Part shown: positions 59,161-64,000 of the stretch, piece after piece
How the letters are laid out: every line of letters begins with the position of its first letter
How positions within the stretch are numbered: the first letter of the stretch is position 1
DNA from: Vicugna vicugna
Lineage: Eukaryota
Direction: 5' to 3'
Assembly (NCBI GenBank): GCA_013265495.1
Contig: MU063828.1
Span: forward strand, 744,001 to 808,000
Length of the DNA: 64,000 nucleotides
Translations under genes and position numbers: made by a program
Notes under the pieces: generated by a model
What the model saw: the letters and a program-made list of their open reading frames with translations, nothing else
Database searches by the model: none
What the model was told of the DNA's origin: nothing

Positions 59161-62100
59161 CTGACTGAAGGAGGCGGCCCTGCAGCAAGACTTGGAAGGA
59201 CAAGTCCGACTTGGCCTTGGGAGCTGGAGAGTAGGGTTTAAAGGAACAGGGGACAGTGTGGGCAGAGACAGGGCATGTCAGGCTGGAGGCAGAAAGAACA
59301 AGCAGGCAGAGACAGAAGGCCAGGCAGGGGCTGGGGCTGGGGATGGGGGAGGCTGTTGCCCTGGGGCTGGAGGCTCGTGATGGGGTGGGGTGAGTGGGAG
59401 TGAGGTGGGTGGAGATGGACTCCCAGTGCCCAGCTCATAGAAGGTTCTCCTCAAGTATTGCTTAAGTCTACTAACCTATGGATGAGTGACTGAACCGTGG
59501 TGGCAGACATTTCAGAGTCAGTGGTTCTAAGAGAGGAAAAACCCCTCTGAGTGATGGCAGGTGCAGTAGCAGCCCCTCCATGGTGGGAAGAGACTCCAGG
59601 AGGAGGACGGGTGCCGTGCCTCAGGCCCAGGATGCAGCTGGGGATGGTGGCAGCAGCCTGGAATGAAGTAGTCGATGCCCTGCATGGAGCTGGGAGCGGT
59701 GGAGCATCCGTGGAGCAGGAGAGGCGGAGGGCACAGCGAGCCCTGGGGAGGAGGCGGAGGAGGAGTGGGGGAGGCAGGCTCACTGTCAGGTGCTCCCGCG
59801 TCTATGTCAGGGAAGATTCAAGTGATTTCCTAGTGGCACTAAATTGAGAGCCCGCCTTCCACTGGGATCAGCTCCCTTGTCCCCTGAAGGAAGGAAATTG
59901 CTCTGCACACAGATCCAGAGGGGAGCGGGGACGCCCTGACCATCACTGCAGAGCTCCCCCGCCATAGGCTCTGGTGGGGTCCGAAGCAGCGTCTCCTGGG
60001 GGAACAGAGTGGCCCTGGAAGGGGGAGGAGAAAGCTCAGGCACAATGCACGTCCAGGGTCCACAGGCTCTGGGCAACCTGGGTGACAGAAGGGCCCCGCT
60101 CAGAATTTCGGCAGCCGGCTGGTTGGGCCTGGGGTCCCTGACGATGGTCAGTGATGGAGGGAAACCCAGGCTAGAGGCCCGGGGAGTGGGGCGGGGGAGC
60201 AGGCTCGGCACCTGCACCCTCACCAGAGGGGCAGCCAGGGCAGAGGCGGGAGCACTGGCAGACCGGGCCGAGGGCCACGTGGGTGCGAGCTTGCCAGCAC
60301 CCCAAATCCATCAGGGACAAGGGGGCCCCGAAGCAGGAGCCGTGCCAAGCTGGACCTTCACAGCTCAGTGCTCGGAGAACAGAATCTGAGAACAGGCACA
60401 CGCAGTGAAGGTCACGGATGAGAGCAGCGCTCAGGGACCAGGCAGCCTGAGCCCCGTTCCCAGTGTCCCCACTTGTCGCCAACTTCAGCCTCGGCTTCCG
60501 TATCTGTAAGATTGGACCCTGGTGTCTACACGAGGGCTGGTTATGAGACTGAGGTCACATCTGTTTATCTGCTGGAGGGATGAAGAAAACGATGGACCAC
60601 CAGTCCTGAAATGATGTCATCTTTCAACCCATCACTTGTCCATTCACTCACCACTATCTTTTCTCGCTGAGCCAGGCCTTGTGCTGGGGCCCCAGGGGAC
60701 AGAGAGCCATTCTGCCCACGCCCGGGAAGCCCCCTGCCAGCGCCGGGGAAAGACACGGAGAAAACCCGGGGGGAAGCACTCTCACTCATGCCCAGACGTG
60801 TGTCAGCTGGAGCCCAGGCGCACATGCGGGGATGGCATTGCTTCGGGAATTCTGAAACACAAGTCCGGCTCTCAGGCTCTTGGTCCCCAGCTAGAGCAGA
60901 AGCTACAGTTTGCATGTTGGGGAAAAAAAATTCTCCCAGGTGATACTGTTGTGAGTCCCCACAAGGAGATGCTCTGGAGGAGACAGTGACAGGACGGGAT
61001 GAGGATGGAGGAGTTTGTCCCCTGCTGCCCACCCTGCAGTGTCAAAACAGGTAGCTTGTGAGTGGCATCTGAGATCGGGGACCCCGTAGTCCACTCCCAT
61101 TCACCAGCTCAGCCTGAGACAGCAGCCATGCCCAGCTCTCAGCCAGCTGAGCTCCTCTCGCGACAACTTCTTAATGACTTCCCCCAACCCCTCGGCTGTG
61201 ACGACCCAGGGCCCCGAGCCCACCTCCACCAGCAGTGCCGCAGCCCCTGGTCCCGCCCTGGGACAGGCTCAGCAATGCTCACCATTCCAGATGAGAGCTT
61301 CTCTCCCCGCCCCCATTCGTCCTGGTAACACTCAGCATCCTCTGAGAGGCTGGGGAAGAGGGCCCAGAGAAAGGGACATGCCTCTAATTGCAGACAGGAA
61401 AGCAGGGCTTCCCAGGGCGTCTGCAAAAGCACCAGCTCAGGGTGCGCACCCGAGTCCACCCTCTGGGAGGTGGCTGTACCCACTGTGGGCCCCAGGAAGA
61501 CCCAGGCCATGCCCACCTCACCATCTGGGCTGGTTTGACCTCACCTGGGATATACTTTAAAAAGGCGTTTGTTGTTTATTGGAAGTTGAAATTCCCCAGT
61601 TGGGCATCTTGTGTTTGTATTTGCTAAATCAGAGTGCCCTGTACCCTGGACGCATTAGAGGCCAGAAAGGGTGGTGCCCTGGCCAAAGGCATGACACACC
61701 CCACAGGCTCTCAGTGTGTGTTGGGGGAACTGTTTCTCTCAAGCAGACAGAAATTCAACAGCGGAAGCACGTGGAAGAACCAGGTTCCCAAGGCCCCTGG
61801 GTCCCTCTGGCCCTCACTCCTGAGGAATAGAGCCTCTTGTCCCACGCTAGCCCTCTGCTTTCATTCCTTTGTGCCCTGGGCTCCTGGGAGAGAAGCCTAG
61901 GCCCCTGGAAACCAATTGTGACAGCAGCGGCCTCCCCCAAGCCCAGCCGGTAGCCAGGAGCCGAGCCCTGAGAGCCCAGTCCTGGGGCCTGCCGAGAACT
62001 CGGAACCTGGATTTGAGCACATTAGCATGCCGCCAAGCCGGGCACGTCTGGGGAGGAACAGACTCTTCATATGAAAACCCTGATGAAATTTGTTTAGCAT

Positions 62101-62174
62101 CAAATCAAATCTTTCTAAGCCAAAATCAGTTTTGCTTTAGCCAATTCTTGGGTACACATCACACGTCCAGATCA

Positions 62175-62215
62175 GGTGTGTGTGTGGGTGTGTGTGTGTG
62201 TGTGCGTGCGCGCGC
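62175..62215. repeat. (GT)n/(GC)n compound microsatellite
   Basis: gtgtgtgtgtgggtgtgtgtgtgtgtgcgtgcgcgcgc. Confidence 0.85.
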
Positions 62216-63269
62216 ATGCTCACATGTGTGTGTTGTTTCTATTGTGCTCTTACAGGCTGCTGCCCACAGCACCTTCATAGCTTCTTAGTAAACAGGAGGA
62301 TTCTCCAGGTTGTCTCCTTTCCCCAAATCCTGGGAAGCTCAGGGAACAGTGTGTTGCCCTGGCTGAGATCTCTGCCTTCAAACTGGTTGACACAGAGACA
62401 TCCCACCCGAGGCCCTTGACCGCCGTGTGCCAGGAATGCATCATTACTGACCCACCGCTCTGCAGTGACTCAGAAGTGGTCCGTGCGCCCCGTGCCGTGC
62501 AAGGCACATTGCAGGCCCACCGTCTGCACCCAGGCGTTAGGCACGGATGGTTTCTCGTGGACACTGGAGAGATGGCTCCCTTTAACTATCATCTGTGCAA
62601 TTGTCCATTTATTCATTCATTCATTCAGTAGCTTTGTCCAAGTGTCCACTGAGTGCCTGTTCTGTGTCCAGCTGGGGCAGGATGGAGAGGGCTGAGTCTG
62701 GACACAGATGCCTGAAACTTAACCCCTAAGAGGTTGTGGCCATCAGGGGTCACCCAGACCCTTTGACTCTGCCATTTTACACATCTCTTTATAGGTGAGG
62801 AATCCAGAGAAGGAAGTGACTTGTCTAAGGTTGAGTGATAGGTCACTCGCAGAACCCAGCCAGGGTTCCAGGCCAGAGCACCCTGGGTACCACATGGCCT
62901 TGTGTGCCTTAGGGGGACCACAGGCAAATGCAAGTCTAAACAGTCTACGTCCAGGCGCTAGAGCCTCGATGCCCCAGCTTACTCTCCAACACCTTGGTTT
63001 CCAAAAACAGCTGTCCCTCCCCACCTCAGAGGAAGAATGGGCACGGATGCTTCTGGAAGAATCAAAAAAAGGGGGTCATGGAGCAGAATCTTTGTGTCAG
63101 AAGAGACCAGTTTGCATACCTCCTGCAACACGGAGCTCACTGCTGCAGGAGGCAACTGCCCAGACTGCGAGGCTCAGCCTCCTTAACTTGGAGCCGAGTC
63201 ACAGGAGGCCCCTGCGCTCGGCAGTCTGGCTCCAGAGGCCCACTTGCCATTTCTTTTTGGTTGTTTTGT

Positions 63270-63370
63270 AAAATCTGAGTAATAATTACTGACCTCACAG
63301 GTCATCGTGAAGATTAAATGAGATAATGTGTGTCAGGTTCCTAGCACAGAGGAGGGGCTCAAAAGATGCT
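63270..63370 (+). mobile_element. MIR SINE
   Basis: gtaaaat...ctgacctcacaggtcatcgtgaagattaaatgagataatgtgtgt...cctagcacaga. Confidence 0.7.
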
Positions 63371-64000
63371 CATTACTATGATTTATTAGGAATGTGGTTC
63401 CTCACACAAAGCCTGGGAAGAGAATGACAACTTTCCCTCTCTTTTCTCCCTCTTCCCTGAGGCATTATCCCCTCATTCAAATGCCTCCTGAGTTTTCTCC
63501 TTCCTGTACCCCCTTTGTGATTTTTCTATATCACATGTATTGATTACAATTTGCTTAGTTGTCTTTTTTGAACTTTAACCTCATCTAAGCATTAGTGTCT
63601 GTGAAATCACTGGTTTGATGTCCAGTCTGTATTTTAATTAAATACAAATAAATGGAAAAATACCCTCTTGGCCATGCATCCCCAAGAACCACCTAGAACT
63701 CTCTCAAACCACCTAGAACCACATCTTGGTGTTCCTGGCATCCTCTTTTCATATTCTAGGAGATACCATCCTTACCCAAGGCCCTGGGGCAGGCTCTGCA
63801 TTTTACCAGGGAGATGACCCAGAGGAGGTTCTGGGTAAGTCTGCCCACGCCAGGTTAGCACATGGTGGAAGAGACCAGTTCCCATCCTCATCCCCCAAAG
63901 GAATTCCTTCCCTGCACCCAGAGAAGGGGAGGCATAAGGCTGTGGCTCACATCTGGATGCAGACCCCTGGGATCAAGGCCTGACTTCTTCTTATGAGCTG

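Noticed and set aside
59166-59190. Possible orthologue of human MIR4294 (ggccctgcagcaagact)
   Set aside because: Only a short partial resemblance to a sequence recalled from memory, with no clear hairpin. It needs an alignment to be assessed.

Overview
Mammalian genomic DNA, probably from a camelid: a Vic-1-like tRNA-derived SINE and camelid-type L1 3' ends are present. The window holds the 3' end of WDFY4 on the + strand as 15 coding exons (23373-56861). All introns are GT-AG, the phases chain without a break, and the exons give about 655 aa covering the end of the PH domain, the BEACH domain and the WD40 repeats, with no FYVE domain. The poly(A) signal is near 57271. The testis LRR gene LRRC18 is nested antisense in the large upstream WDFY4 intron: main exon 5727-4964 plus a 22-nt terminal coding exon at 1790-1769 that the ORF track misses. 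The rest is intronic or intergenic DNA with L1, L2, MIR, MER20, MER5A, MER53 and MLT1 relics, microsatellites and four assembly gaps. I found no new multi-gene system. The best leads are isoform and regulatory signals: a CpG-rich candidate internal WDFY4 promoter, an in-frame alternative acceptor, an 18-nt-periodic array of splice donors, a candidate RFX-driven upstream LRRC18 exon, a stop codon overlapping a splice donor, a MER53 hairpin and a 109-bp direct repeat flanking a BEACH exon. Gene and repeat names come from my recognition of the sequence, not from a database search, and repeat boundaries are approximate.
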